This document shows positions 1 through 8,021 of a stretch of 34,902 nt of DNA, in pieces. The translations under genes were made by a program, and so were the position numbers. The stretch covers positions 1-34,902 of the forward strand of contig MHEO01000032.1 of NCBI GenBank assembly GCA_001803875.1. Reading direction: 5' to 3'. A model generated the notes under the pieces. That model searched no databases. It was given only the letters and a program-made list of their open reading frames with translations, and was not told the origin of the DNA. The stretch is from Nitrospirae bacterium RIFCSPHIGHO2_01_FULL_66_17. Its GTDB lineage: Bacteria > Nitrospirota > Nitrospiria > 2-01-FULL-66-17. The number at the start of each line of letters is the position of its first letter. The first letter of the stretch is position 1.

Positions 1-639
1 CAACCGGAGCCGGGTCGTCCGCCACCCGATGTCGGTCACGTACCCCTCCTCCCCGCTCTCGAGGCGGATGAAGTGCCCCACCCGGATCGACCGCTCCATC
101 AGGATGTGAATCCCCGCGAACAGGTTGGAGAGCGTGTCCTGCAGGGCGAGCGCGACCGCGAGCCCGCCGACGCCCAGCGCGGTGAGCAGGGGCGCGATGG
201 ACACGCCGAGCGTGCCCAGCAGGATCAGGACGCCGAGGCTGATCACGAAGCCCTTGAGGACGACGTAGGTCAGCCCGGTGGCGGCCAGGGGCAGGTCGGC
301 GCGCCTGGCGGCGAAGCGCAGCAGGTGTTCCGCGGCGTTGGCCGCGACGAACGTGAACGAGAGGATCACCAGGATGTGCAGGAGCGAGAACGACGCCTGG
401 ATGATCCGCGGCGGGAGGACCGACGTCCCGATGGCGAGGTACAGGCCGAGCGCGATTGCCCAGGTGATCGACGGCCCCCGGATGACGCTCAGCAGGATGT
501 CGTCGATCTCGGTCTCGGTCTTCGCGGCCCAGCGGCGCAGGAGTGAGAGCAGCAGGCGCCGCGCGAACAGCGCCAGGCCGGCCGCCGCGACGAAGATTGC
601 CGAGGAGGACACGAGCTGGCGAAGCAGGGTGGGATCCAT
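1..639 (-). CDS. Mechanosensitive ion channel, MscS family (partial; C-terminal part lies beyond window start)
   Basis: Absent from the ORF track because it runs off the window edge. The reverse complement from ATG (639..637) reads MDPTLLRQLVSSSAIFVAAAGLALF...TALGVGGLAVALALQDTLSNLFAGIHILMERSIRVGHFIRLESGEEGYVTDIGWRTTRLR. It has TM helices followed by the MscS pore-helix/beta-domain signature. The frame is open to position 1. Confidence 0.8.
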   Translation of the reverse strand, partial: MDPTLLRQLVSSSAIFVAAAGLALFARRLLLSLLRRWAAKTETEIDDILLSVIRGPSITWAIALGLYLAIGTSVLPPRIIQASFSLLHILVILSFTFVAANAAEHLLRFAARRADLPLAATGLTYVVLKGFVISLGVLILLGTLGVSIAPLLTALGVGGLAVALALQDTLSNLFAGIHILMERSIRVGHFIRLESGEEGYVTDIGWRTTRLRL

Positions 640-697
640 GCAGGTCTCCGGCTAACGTATCCCGCGCGGCGGAGTCAAACCGCGCGCCCCCACCCAT

Positions 698-718
698 CCC
701 CCCTTTACAAAAGGGGGG
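698..718 (-). terminator. Perfect 9-bp hairpin (CCCCCCTTT-ACA-AAAGGGGGG) downstream of vapC; possible terminator
   Basis: Inverted repeat read directly from the sequence, lying between the vapC stop (815) and the mscS start (639). No clear U-tract on the minus strand, so weak. Confidence 0.3.
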
Positions 719-814
719 CGAGGGGTGATTCTCTGTTCAGGGCGAAAGGGCGGCTGTGTCCAAGAGAGCTTCTTTGCCCTTGTGCGAGCCGTACACAAGA
801 GCTCGTGGCCCAAT

Positions 815-1243
815 TCATGGGCCGATGACCGCCAACCCCGAAATATGGTTGGCAATCCGATGGAATTCCCCCAGATTGCTCGTGACGACTGCGGCGCCGA
901 TCCGGCGCGCCGTCAGTGCAATCAGGATATCGTTCATGAGCCCCAGCCGGTCGCCCCGGACCGTACCATAGAGAGCACGAAAGACGACGCCGGCTTGATC
1001 AAAAGCCCAGACGTCCGGCGCAATGACGCGGCTCGGGGGAAACGCGTCCTTGAGTCGATCGACAGCTTTTTTTCGTCTTGGCGTATCAGCGCCCACATCG
1101 AGCTCTAAGACAACGACTGAGGAGAGAAAGCGGATTGTTTTCCCGACCGGGCCGATCACCCAGTTCGCGTGGAGCCCCGCGCGCAGGTAGTCGATAAAGA
1201 CGTTCGTGTCGAGAACGACTTTGGCCCCTACTGGTAAGGCCAC
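815..1243 (-). CDS. vapC: PIN-domain ribonuclease toxin, VapC family
   Basis: 142 aa with GTG start. N-terminal VVLDTNVFIDYL motif and C-terminal acidic and T/S residues (LMNDILIALTA...VVTSN) typical of PIN. Overlaps the upstream antitoxin gene by 16 nt. Confidence 0.85.
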   Translation of the reverse strand: MALPVGAKVVLDTNVFIDYLRAGLHANWVIGPVGKTIRFLSSVVVLELDVGADTPRRKKAVDRLKDAFPPSRVIAPDVWAFDQAGVVFRALYGTVRGDRLGLMNDILIALTARRIGAAVVTSNLGEFHRIANHISGLAVIGP

Positions 1244-1434
1244 GGCTGTTTGTCGCCTTTGAGAATCCCTTTCAGCGGCTTCATCGCCTTCACGAGGTGC
1301 TCGTCTTCCATGAGCAGCGCAAGCGCCTTGTCGATGGCCTCCCGCTCAGACCGTGCCCCAAAATAACGCTTGGCAAAGTCGATCTTTCGTTGATCAAGTT
1401 TCAGGTGCTTGTGTTTGAGCGCCGGTTCTCCCAT
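1228..1434 (-). CDS. vapB: VapB-type antitoxin (RHH/DUF2191-like)
   Basis: Small ORF directly upstream of and overlapping vapC. Contains KLDQRKIDFAKRYFGARSEREAIDKALALL, which resembles Rv0623-like antitoxins. I place the start at the internal ATG 1434 (MGEPALKH...) because AAGGGGA lies 7 nt upstream and the track start at 1467 would sit inside an operator-like palindrome. Confidence 0.7.
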   Translation of the reverse strand: MGEPALKHKHLKLDQRKIDFAKRYFGARSEREAIDKALALLMEDEHLVKAMKPLKGILKGDKQPWPYQ

Positions 1435-1448
1435 GGAAGGTCCCCTTT

Positions 1449-1467
1449 GTGTACATGCCGTGTACAC
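1449..1467 (-). promoter_or_regulatory. Perfect palindrome GTGTACA-N5-TGTACAC upstream of vapB; candidate VapB(C) autoregulatory operator
   Basis: Inverted repeat read from the sequence, 15 nt upstream of the proposed vapB start. Type II TA operons are typically autoregulated through such palindromes. Confidence 0.45.
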
Positions 1468-1529
1468 ACACTAGCGAATCTCGGCTGAAAAATCAATTGC
1501 CCTGATGTGCTGGGCCTGAGCCGAGACGC

Positions 1530-2663
1530 CTACCCCAGCATCCCCAGCACCGCCTCTCCGTACCGCGCCACCTGCCAGCGGCGGATGCCGGGGACGGCGG
1601 CGAGTTCGTCGGCGGATTTGGGCCACGCTCGCACGATCGTTTTGATCTGGTCGGTCGAGACGATCATGGCGGGCTCGATGCCCTCGGTCTTCGCCTGCTC
1701 GGTGCGCCACGCCCGGAGGCGCGTGAAGAGGCGCTCCTGGGCGGCCGAGAACGGTTCCTGGCGTCCGCCGGATCGCCGCGGGAGCGGCGTGGTATCGGCG
1801 AGGCCCGCGCGGATCGCGTCCAGCCACCGAGGCATGTCCCGCCGGGCCGGCGCCGACGAGGAGGGGAAGAGCGCCTCGATCGCGGCGGGCGTGGCGGGGT
1901 GGTGGACGGCCATCGCGATCAGGTCCTCGCCCGAGATGATCTTGAACGGGGGGCGGTTGGCCCGCTTGGCCAACTGGTCGCGGGCGACCGCCAGCGACCG
2001 CAGGACGCGCTGAGCCGCGGGGGGCAGCACGGTTGCGCCCTTGATCCGCACGTAATCATCCGGCTCGAACGCGTGGCCGGTCCATTCCCGTCGGCCGATC
2101 CACTCCCCCTCTTCCTCGATCTGGGCGAGGCGGCCCTGGGCCTCGACCGCCTTTCGCAGCAGGTCGTACAGCCGCGGCAGATACTGGGTGTCCTTCGCGG
2201 CGTAGGCGAGCAGATCGGCGGAGAGTGGCCGCTTGGACCAGTGGGCCTTCTGGTACTTCTTTTCGAGCGTGACGTCGAAATACCGCTGCAGGAGATCCCC
2301 CAGCGAGTACTTCGGCTCGCCCGCCGCCTGCGCCGCGAGGCACGTGTCGAAGATCGACGCGACGGAGAACCCGAAATCCCGCTTGAGCCCCACCACGTCG
2401 TAGTCCGCGCCGTGGATGACCTTGACGATTGCGGGGTCGGCCAGGATCGGCGCCAGCGGGCTGAGGTCGGCGAGAATCAGCGGATCGATGACGGCGTTGA
2501 GCGTGCTGTCGCTCACCTGGATGAGCGAGACCCGTTCCTGGTAGCAATGGAGCGAGTCCGCCTCGGTGTCCACGCCGATGACCGGCGCGCGCGCGATCGC
2601 GGCGACGACCTCGGCCAGCGCCTTGGGCGTGGTGACGTAGACGTAGTCGGGGGCGAGCGTCAT
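1530..2663 (-). CDS. rnd: Ribonuclease D (DEDDy 3'-5' exonuclease plus HRDC domain)
   Basis: VIGVDTEADSL (ExoI), KVIHGADYDV (ExoII) and LAYAAKDTQYL (ExoIII, Y-type), followed by an HRDC-like C-terminus (FTRLRAWRTEQAKTEGIEPAMIVSTDQI). Start moved to ATG 2663 (MTLAPDYVYV). The track extension to 2837 is Arg/Pro-rich read-through. Confidence 0.85.
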   Translation of the reverse strand: MTLAPDYVYVTTPKALAEVVAAIARAPVIGVDTEADSLHCYQERVSLIQVSDSTLNAVIDPLILADLSPLAPILADPAIVKVIHGADYDVVGLKRDFGFSVASIFDTCLAAQAAGEPKYSLGDLLQRYFDVTLEKKYQKAHWSKRPLSADLLAYAAKDTQYLPRLYDLLRKAVEAQGRLAQIEEEGEWIGRREWTGHAFEPDDYVRIKGATVLPPAAQRVLRSLAVARDQLAKRANRPPFKIISGEDLIAMAVHHPATPAAIEALFPSSSAPARRDMPRWLDAIRAGLADTTPLPRRSGGRQEPFSAAQERLFTRLRAWRTEQAKTEGIEPAMIVSTDQIKTIVRAWPKSADELAAVPGIRRWQVARYGEAVLGMLG

Positions 2664-2841
2664 CGGCGGATGGGGGCCTGCGCGTGTGTGATGCGATGTC
2701 CTCCTCGTTGGCGCGCCCGGGCGCGCGACGCGGCCCCCCTCGGCGGGAGAAACAGGCGCGCCATTATACAGAGATGCACGGGCGCGGGGCAAGCGTGCTG
2801 CGCGGGGCAGCGCGGTGCAGGTTTCCGCCTTGCGCAAACTG

Positions 2842-2850
2842 TGATAGAAT
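2842..2850 (+). promoter_or_regulatory. Possible extended -10 (TGaTAGAAT) for fumC
   Basis: TGATAGAAT lies 34 nt upstream of the fumC ATG, with a weak -35. A 6-bp hairpin (CCGTCC 2851-2856 / GGACGG 2870-2875) follows and overlaps the GGGAGG SD. Confidence 0.3.
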
Positions 2851-2883
2851 CCGTCCCCTCAAACCGTCTGGACGGGAGGCACG

Positions 2884-4314
2884 ATGACCACGCGACGTGA
2901 GGAATCCGGCGCTGTTCGCGTCGAAAAAGACTCGATGGGGGAGATGCGCGTCCCCGCGACGGCCCTGTACGGGGCCCAGACCCAGCGCGCGGTCGAGAAC
3001 TTCCCGATCAGCGACCTCCGCTGGCCGCGCAGCTTCATCCGCGCCCTCGGCCTGGTGAAATGGGCGGCGGCGCAGGCCAACCGCGATCTGGGACTCCTGC
3101 CGGCCGACAAGGCCGACGCCATCAGCCGCGCGGCCCGCGAGGTCATCGAGGGGGCGCTGGATGGTCACTTCGTCGTCGACCTGTTCCAAACCGGTTCGGG
3201 TACCTCCACCAATATGAACGCCAACGAGGTGATCGCCAACCGCGCGACGCAGTTGGTCGGCGGTGCGCTGGGTTCCAAGGCCATTCACCCGAACGATCAC
3301 GTCAATCTGGGCCAGTCGAGTAACGACGTGATCCCGACCGCCATCCACATCGCGGCGCTCGAAACGGTGGATCAAGCGCTGCTTCCGGCGTTGTCGATGC
3401 TCCACGCGACGCTGGTCCAGAAATCGCTCGAGTTTTCGCGTGTGGTCAAGATCGGCCGGACGCACCTCCAAGACGCGACCCCGATCCGACTCGGCCAGGA
3501 GTTCGGAGGCTACGCCCGCCAGATCGAACTCGGCATCCGGCGGGTAGAGAACATGCGCGCGTCGCTGGGCGAACTCGCGCTGGGCGGGACCGCGGTGGGG
3601 ACCGGGATCAACACCCACCCCGACTTCGCCGCGAAGACGATCGCGCTGCTGTCACAGGAAACCGATTGCCCGTTCTTTGTCGAGGCGGCGGATCACTTCG
3701 AGGCGCAGGGCGCGCAGGACTCGCTGGTCGAAGCCAGCGGCGCGCTCAAGACGGTGGCGGTGAGCCTGATGAAGATCGCCAACGATCTCCGGTGGTTGGC
3801 ATCCGGTCCACGCTGTGGATTGGGAGAAATCAACCTGCCGGAGACTCAGCCCGGCTCATCGATCATGCCAGGGAAGGTCAACCCGGTGATCGTCGAATCC
3901 CTGCTCCAGGTCTGCGTCCAGGTCATCGGCAACGACGCCGCCATCACCTTGGGCGGCCAGGCCGGGAATTTCGAACTCAACGTCATGCTGCCGGTGATGG
4001 CCTATAATCTCCTGCAGTCGATCCAGTTGCTGGGCGCGGCGACCCAGAACTTTACCGCCAAGTGCATCGCGGGAGTCACCGCGAACGAGGCGCGGTGCGA
4101 GGCGATGATCGAGCAGAGCCTTGCGATGTGCACGGCGCTCGCGCCGGAGATCGGCTACGACGCGGCGGCGAAGATCGCCAAGGAATCGTACCGAACCGGC
4201 AAAACCGTCCGCGAGGTCGCCCTCGAACAAAAGATCGTCTCCCCCGAGCGGCTCAAGGTCCTCCTCGACCCGCGGCAAATGACCGAGCGGGGGTTTGCGG
4301 GTAAAGGGGAATAG
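2884..4314 (+). CDS. fumC: Class II fumarate hydratase (aspartase/fumarase superfamily)
   Basis: 476 aa. Contains QTGSGTSTNMNANEV, HPNDHVNLGQSSNDVIPTA and the superfamily signature GSSIMPGKVNP. The pattern is closer to FumC than to AspA. Confidence 0.9.
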   Translation: MTTRREESGAVRVEKDSMGEMRVPATALYGAQTQRAVENFPISDLRWPRSFIRALGLVKWAAAQANRDLGLLPADKADAISRAAREVIEGALDGHFVVDLFQTGSGTSTNMNANEVIANRATQLVGGALGSKAIHPNDHVNLGQSSNDVIPTAIHIAALETVDQALLPALSMLHATLVQKSLEFSRVVKIGRTHLQDATPIRLGQEFGGYARQIELGIRRVENMRASLGELALGGTAVGTGINTHPDFAAKTIALLSQETDCPFFVEAADHFEAQGAQDSLVEASGALKTVAVSLMKIANDLRWLASGPRCGLGEINLPETQPGSSIMPGKVNPVIVESLLQVCVQVIGNDAAITLGGQAGNFELNVMLPVMAYNLLQSIQLLGAATQNFTAKCIAGVTANEARCEAMIEQSLAMCTALAPEIGYDAAAKIAKESYRTGKTVREVALEQKIVSPERLKVLLDPRQMTERGFAGKGE

Positions 4315-4316
4315 AC

Positions 4317-4345
4317 CTCGCTGAATCAAGAAAAAAATCAGCGAG
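4317..4345 (+). terminator. Hairpin CTCGCTGA-N13-TCAGCGAG just after the fumC stop
   Basis: Perfect 8-bp inverted repeat with an A-rich loop, followed by TT. Weak intrinsic terminator candidate. Confidence 0.4.
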
Positions 4346-4410
4346 TTGAACACGCAATTGGCAAAATCTCCTTAGATTTTCCACAAAAAACCAACCAGAA
4401 AGTTCTTCAG

Positions 4411-4432
4411 AATCAAACTAAAGGACGATTGT
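4411..4432 (+). promoter_or_regulatory. Conserved upstream motif AATCAAACTAAAGGACGATTGT (copy 1) in the AT-rich leader of cytochrome paralog 1
   Basis: Near-identical 22-mer at 7881..7902 upstream of paralog 2 (2 mismatches). The surrounding upstream sequence is otherwise not alignable by eye. Confidence 0.4.
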
Positions 4433-4623
4433 TTTCTCCATCCGTTGGGTTTATAAGTACCAACGCTGGAAAAGAAGTCACGTGCCACTCGTCTTCCGGC
4501 TCCATGCGGCAGGAGGTCCTCCCCGCGAACCAGAATCGTTAGGATAGAGCGACCGAACAGAACATCCTGAAAACCGGCGTGCAGGCATCCTTGGATCCTT
4601 TGCTGAACATGAAGGAGGAGCGT

Positions 4624-7600
4624 ATGCAAGGCACTCGTTGGTGGTTGGGAAAAGTTTTCGGTTTGACGCTCGTACTCGGTGTCGTGGGCGCGTCATCCGC
4701 GCTGGCTCGTCACGGCGAAGAGGGCTTTCTCGCGAACCGTATCCCCGAACCGGCGCCGTACGTCGTGAGTGAAACGACGTCGGCCGGGGGCGCGTTCGGC
4801 GCCCCGCACACCGGCGCGCCGTTTGAGGACCTCTGGACCAGCGAAAACGACGTCGGTGGCTGCGATGGGTGCCACACCGGGCTCTGGAACCAGTGGAACG
4901 GCGCGATGATGTCGAACGCCTGGCGGGATCCGGGGTGGCGAGGGGCCTTTTTGCTCGTGGCGCGCCTGACTTCGACGGATGGAAATTGCGATATTCCCAA
5001 CCCGCCGGACGGCACAGCGCGGGCCAGCATCAACCCATTTGCGCATCCGACGGCGTGCCAGAGCACGTTTAACAGCGGGACGACCAACGTGACCTACACC
5101 GGGTCGGGGTCGTTGATGGATGATTTTTGCTCGCGGTGCCACATGCCCACGAACTACATCGATGCCGTCACCACGGTCACGAGCGATGCGCCGTCGGGGC
5201 AGGAGCACGGCCGCATCAGCCCCTTGTATTACCCGACGTCGGTGGGCACGGCGCAGGCCACGGACCCCGCCAATGGGCTGCTCACGCTCGAATCGTTCGG
5301 TGAACGGACCTATGTCGATGGGGTGAGTCGAGTGGTCAATAGTAACAGTGGGAAGATCGGGATCATCTGCGAGGTGTGCCATACCAACGTCGAGACGCGC
5401 TACACGCCGTACCACCTCTACAACAAGTCGGGTACGGAATACACCCCGGCGCCTCAGAACACGGGGCGATTCAACCAAGGCTTGGCGGCGGCGCAGCAGG
5501 ACATGCTGACGGTGCCGAACGCGGCGAGCGGCAACCTGGGCTATGCGGTGGCCGCGGGGGCGTTTCGGCTCTCGCCCCACGCGCTCAACCTGCCGGAGCG
5601 GTTCGGGCCCTTGTCGTGGAACGATCCGTGCCTGATCCTGCCGGGTAGTTGTGTGGGCGGACAAGTGTTGGATTCGTACGTGAGCGACGTCTTCACCGGC
5701 GGCACCCGGACGACCAATGTCTACTTTACCCAGGCGAACCCGCCTGGCGCGCACGACACGTTCTACCAGGTCAAGTTCGAGCGGGCCGAGTTCTGCGCGT
5801 CCTGCCACGACGTGACGAACCCGATGACGATCAAGAACGCCGCGGGTTTCTGGGTCGGTGGGTTCCCGATCGAGCGGACGTACACGGAGTGGAGGAACAG
5901 CCGGTACGCCGATCGTCCGGGCAACACCCACTACGATCAGAACTACAAGCGGGACTGCCAGACCTGTCATATGCAGCAGAGCTACGGCGAGCCGGGGACC
6001 GCGCTCACCTTGTACACGGTCAACGGTGGCGTGACGCCGGATGCGCCGATTTTGGAGCCGTCGTGCGATCAGATTACGCACAACCCGGGCTATTCGCACC
6101 ACTTCGTTGGCGGCAACGGCTACATGACGCGGTTGATCGGTGCGGATGTGGATGGTGGGGGCAACGTGCAACCGTACCCGGAGCTCTTGCATACGAGCTT
6201 CTCGTCGGCGGACGCGAACAGCCGGTACCACTATGCCCGGTACGATACCGCAGGCGGGCGGTCGGGACCGGTCGCGACGCAGCACGAGCGCTTCTCGTGG
6301 GATCGTATGCGGAACGTCTTGACGATGACACTCTCCGCTCCCACTGGCACCGTCGCCCCGGGAAGCACGGCGGCGCTGACGATCACCGTCAAAAACGAGG
6401 GCTCGGGGCACGACTTCCCGACCGGTTTCCCCGAGGGCCGTGCCGCCTGGGTGTTGGTCAAGGCGTGGGACACCCGGAATACCGCCGTGACCACCGACGA
6501 CGTCGAATTGACGATTCGTGACAGCCAGAAACCCGCGGGCCAGCAGGATTCGCTGGGCGTGGGCTATCTGACCAGCGCGTCGATGAAACCGGATCCGACC
6601 TACCCGGCGACTTGTCCGGATGCCGAGGGAGTCGGCGGAGGCTGGAAGATTCCAGAGGGATCGATCGATCCGTGGGCTGTGACGTTCAAAGCGATGGCGA
6701 CGGTGGACAAGGTCTGTCCGACGCTCGACCTGCCGTATGCCACGCCCGTGAACCTGGTCGTGAACGCGAGCAACATGCCGACGGACGCCAATGGGGTCGT
6801 GATCGATCGGAACAACCCCACGGGCATCCCCCGGTATTCCGATACCGACGGCGATGGGGACTCGTTCGACGACTCGTTCCTCCGTGATACCCGGTTGCAA
6901 CCGTGCCGGGGCGCGACTTGCAACAACCCCGGGAGCGGCGTAACCGTCACCCGGTATTCGGTCGTGGTGCCGGCGACGGCGGTGGGGCCGATTGCGGTGA
7001 CCTCGGTGGTCTATTATCAGGCGTTCGAGGGCATCGTGGCCAAGAAGTTTCTGGGGAACCTGGCCGACACCGACGACGATGCCCCGCCCACGTTGGAGCC
7101 CTGCGTGCTGAAGGGGCCCTGCGGCCGGGCGGCGAACAACACGGAGTACCGCAACGCGCTCAAATTCGACCCCGTTGCGGTCGAGGGAGCGCCCCCGATG
7201 CCGATGGAAGTACGAAACGCCGTGATCAGGGTGACGGGGACGACCGACACGATCGCTCCGAGGGTGATCATCAACAATTGCAAACCGCCTCGGAAGAATA
7301 ACGTCTGTGTCGGGACCAACCTGACGGCGCCCATCCCGGCCAACGGGCATTGGTCACCGTCGCCCTACGGAGGTCAGAGCGGAAATTTCGCGACCGAGAG
7401 TTATGGCGAACTGAACGTCGCGCACACCCGGATCGTGAAGGTCTCGTTCAGCGAGCCGGTGCAGGAGTGCGACAACGTCGCGGGCCTCGTCAACTGCGGG
7501 CCGCTCTCGGCCAGCACGTATTATCTGACCGATAACGCCGGTGCGGCGGTGACGTTCCTGCAGGACCAGATTGACGATCGGACGTGGGGCCTGTTCCCGT

Positions 7601-7758
7601 ACGTGAGCACCGACTCGGTGTTTCTGGGTGGCGGCGGCTATGTGATACACGTGGCGCCGACGCGCAGCGGTCGGGCGATCAAGGACTCTGCAGGTCTCAC
7701 GCTGGTGGCCGGGCCCGCAACGGGTGGGGAGTACACGTTCGGGTTTAAGGCCCAGTAG
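4624..7758 (+). CDS. Secreted pentaheme c-type cytochrome with large heme-free C-terminal region (paralog 1)
   Basis: SD AAGGAGGA sits 5 nt before ATG 4624. Signal peptide WWLGKVFGLTLVLGVVGASSALA|RHGEE. Five CxxCH motifs: CDGCH 4861-4875, CSRCH 5128-5142, CEVCH 5368-5382, CASCH 5794-5808, CQTCH 5956-5970. Many paired Cys occur downstream. C-terminal Ig-like segment (RIVKVSFSEPV). Followed by a strong terminator. Confidence 0.85.
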   Translation: MQGTRWWLGKVFGLTLVLGVVGASSALARHGEEGFLANRIPEPAPYVVSETTSAGGAFGAPHTGAPFEDLWTSENDVGGCDGCHTGLWNQWNGAMMSNAWRDPGWRGAFLLVARLTSTDGNCDIPNPPDGTARASINPFAHPTACQSTFNSGTTNVTYTGSGSLMDDFCSRCHMPTNYIDAVTTVTSDAPSGQEHGRISPLYYPTSVGTAQATDPANGLLTLESFGERTYVDGVSRVVNSNSGKIGIICEVCHTNVETRYTPYHLYNKSGTEYTPAPQNTGRFNQGLAAAQQDMLTVPNAASGNLGYAVAAGAFRLSPHALNLPERFGPLSWNDPCLILPGSCVGGQVLDSYVSDVFTGGTRTTNVYFTQANPPGAHDTFYQVKFERAEFCASCHDVTNPMTIKNAAGFWVGGFPIERTYTEWRNSRYADRPGNTHYDQNYKRDCQTCHMQQSYGEPGTALTLYTVNGGVTPDAPILEPSCDQITHNPGYSHHFVGGNGYMTRLIGADVDGGGNVQPYPELLHTSFSSADANSRYHYARYDTAGGRSGPVATQHERFSWDRMRNVLTMTLSAPTGTVAPGSTAALTITVKNEGSGHDFPTGFPEGRAAWVLVKAWDTRNTAVTTDDVELTIRDSQKPAGQQDSLGVGYLTSASMKPDPTYPATCPDAEGVGGGWKIPEGSIDPWAVTFKAMATVDKVCPTLDLPYATPVNLVVNASNMPTDANGVVIDRNNPTGIPRYSDTDGDGDSFDDSFLRDTRLQPCRGATCNNPGSGVTVTRYSVVVPATAVGPIAVTSVVYYQAFEGIVAKKFLGNLADTDDDAPPTLEPCVLKGPCGRAANNTEYRNALKFDPVAVEGAPPMPMEVRNAVIRVTGTTDTIAPRVIINNCKPPRKNNVCVGTNLTAPIPANGHWSPSPYGGQSGNFATESYGELNVAHTRIVKVSFSEPVQECDNVAGLVNCGPLSASTYYLTDNAGAAVTFLQDQIDDRTWGLFPYVSTDSVFLGGGGYVIHVAPTRSGRAIKDSAGLTLVAGPATGGEYTFGFKAQ

Positions 7759-7778
7759 AATTCGCTGGTGTGCTGGAA

Positions 7779-7820
7779 AAGAGGGGAGGCCCTTCTAAAT
7801 GGGCCTCCCCTCTTTGTGTA
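7779..7820 (+). terminator. Rho-independent terminator of cytochrome paralog 1
   Basis: AAGAGGGGAGGCCC-TTCTAAAT-GGGCCTCCCCTCTT followed by TGTGT. 14-bp GC-rich stem. Confidence 0.8.
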
Positions 7821-7880
7821 GGGTGTCCTGATAGCAAAAGGTTAAAATACTTCCACCTTTTCCCCTTCACGGCGCTGAAA

Positions 7881-7902
7881 AATCAAACCAAAGGACAATT
7901 GT
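7881..7902 (+). promoter_or_regulatory. Conserved upstream motif AATCAAACCAAAGGACAATTGT (copy 2)
   Basis: Matches 4411..4432. Lies 141 nt upstream of the paralog 2 start codon. Confidence 0.4.
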
Positions 7903-8021
7903 GCAGGCGGTTAGATCTCCTGTATCGTACGCGACAACATTGGCTCGGTTAGTAGCCAACAGTGCCTGGTTTGTTGGCCTATCGTTTTGATTGGGCGGTG
8001 ACCACGGTGAAGGAGGATGGT

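Noticed and set aside
1484-1496. GCTGAAAAATCAA near vapB resembling the start of the 7876-7902 cytochrome upstream motif
   Set aside because: Only about 13 nt match and the conserved AAAGGACRATTGT half is missing. This is likely chance similarity in AT-rich promoter DNA.
4355-4375. Sigma-54 promoter at TTGGCAAAATCTCCTTAG upstream of cytochrome paralog 1
   Set aside because: It has TGGCA but lacks the TTGC(A/T) element at the required 4-5 nt spacing. No equivalent site exists upstream of paralog 2.
4624-7758. Assigning the pentaheme proteins to NrfA (pentaheme nitrite reductase) or HAO/OTR families
   Set aside because: There is no CxxCK site, the heme-motif spacing is different, and the ~580-aa heme-free extension is absent from those enzymes. 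I cannot support the assignment from the sequence alone.
7770-7952. 60-aa ORF in the intergenic region between the cytochrome paralogs, and the 85-aa minus-strand ORF at 4372..4629
   Set aside because: Both overlap the terminator or the AT-rich leader, lack SD sites, and have no recognisable motifs.
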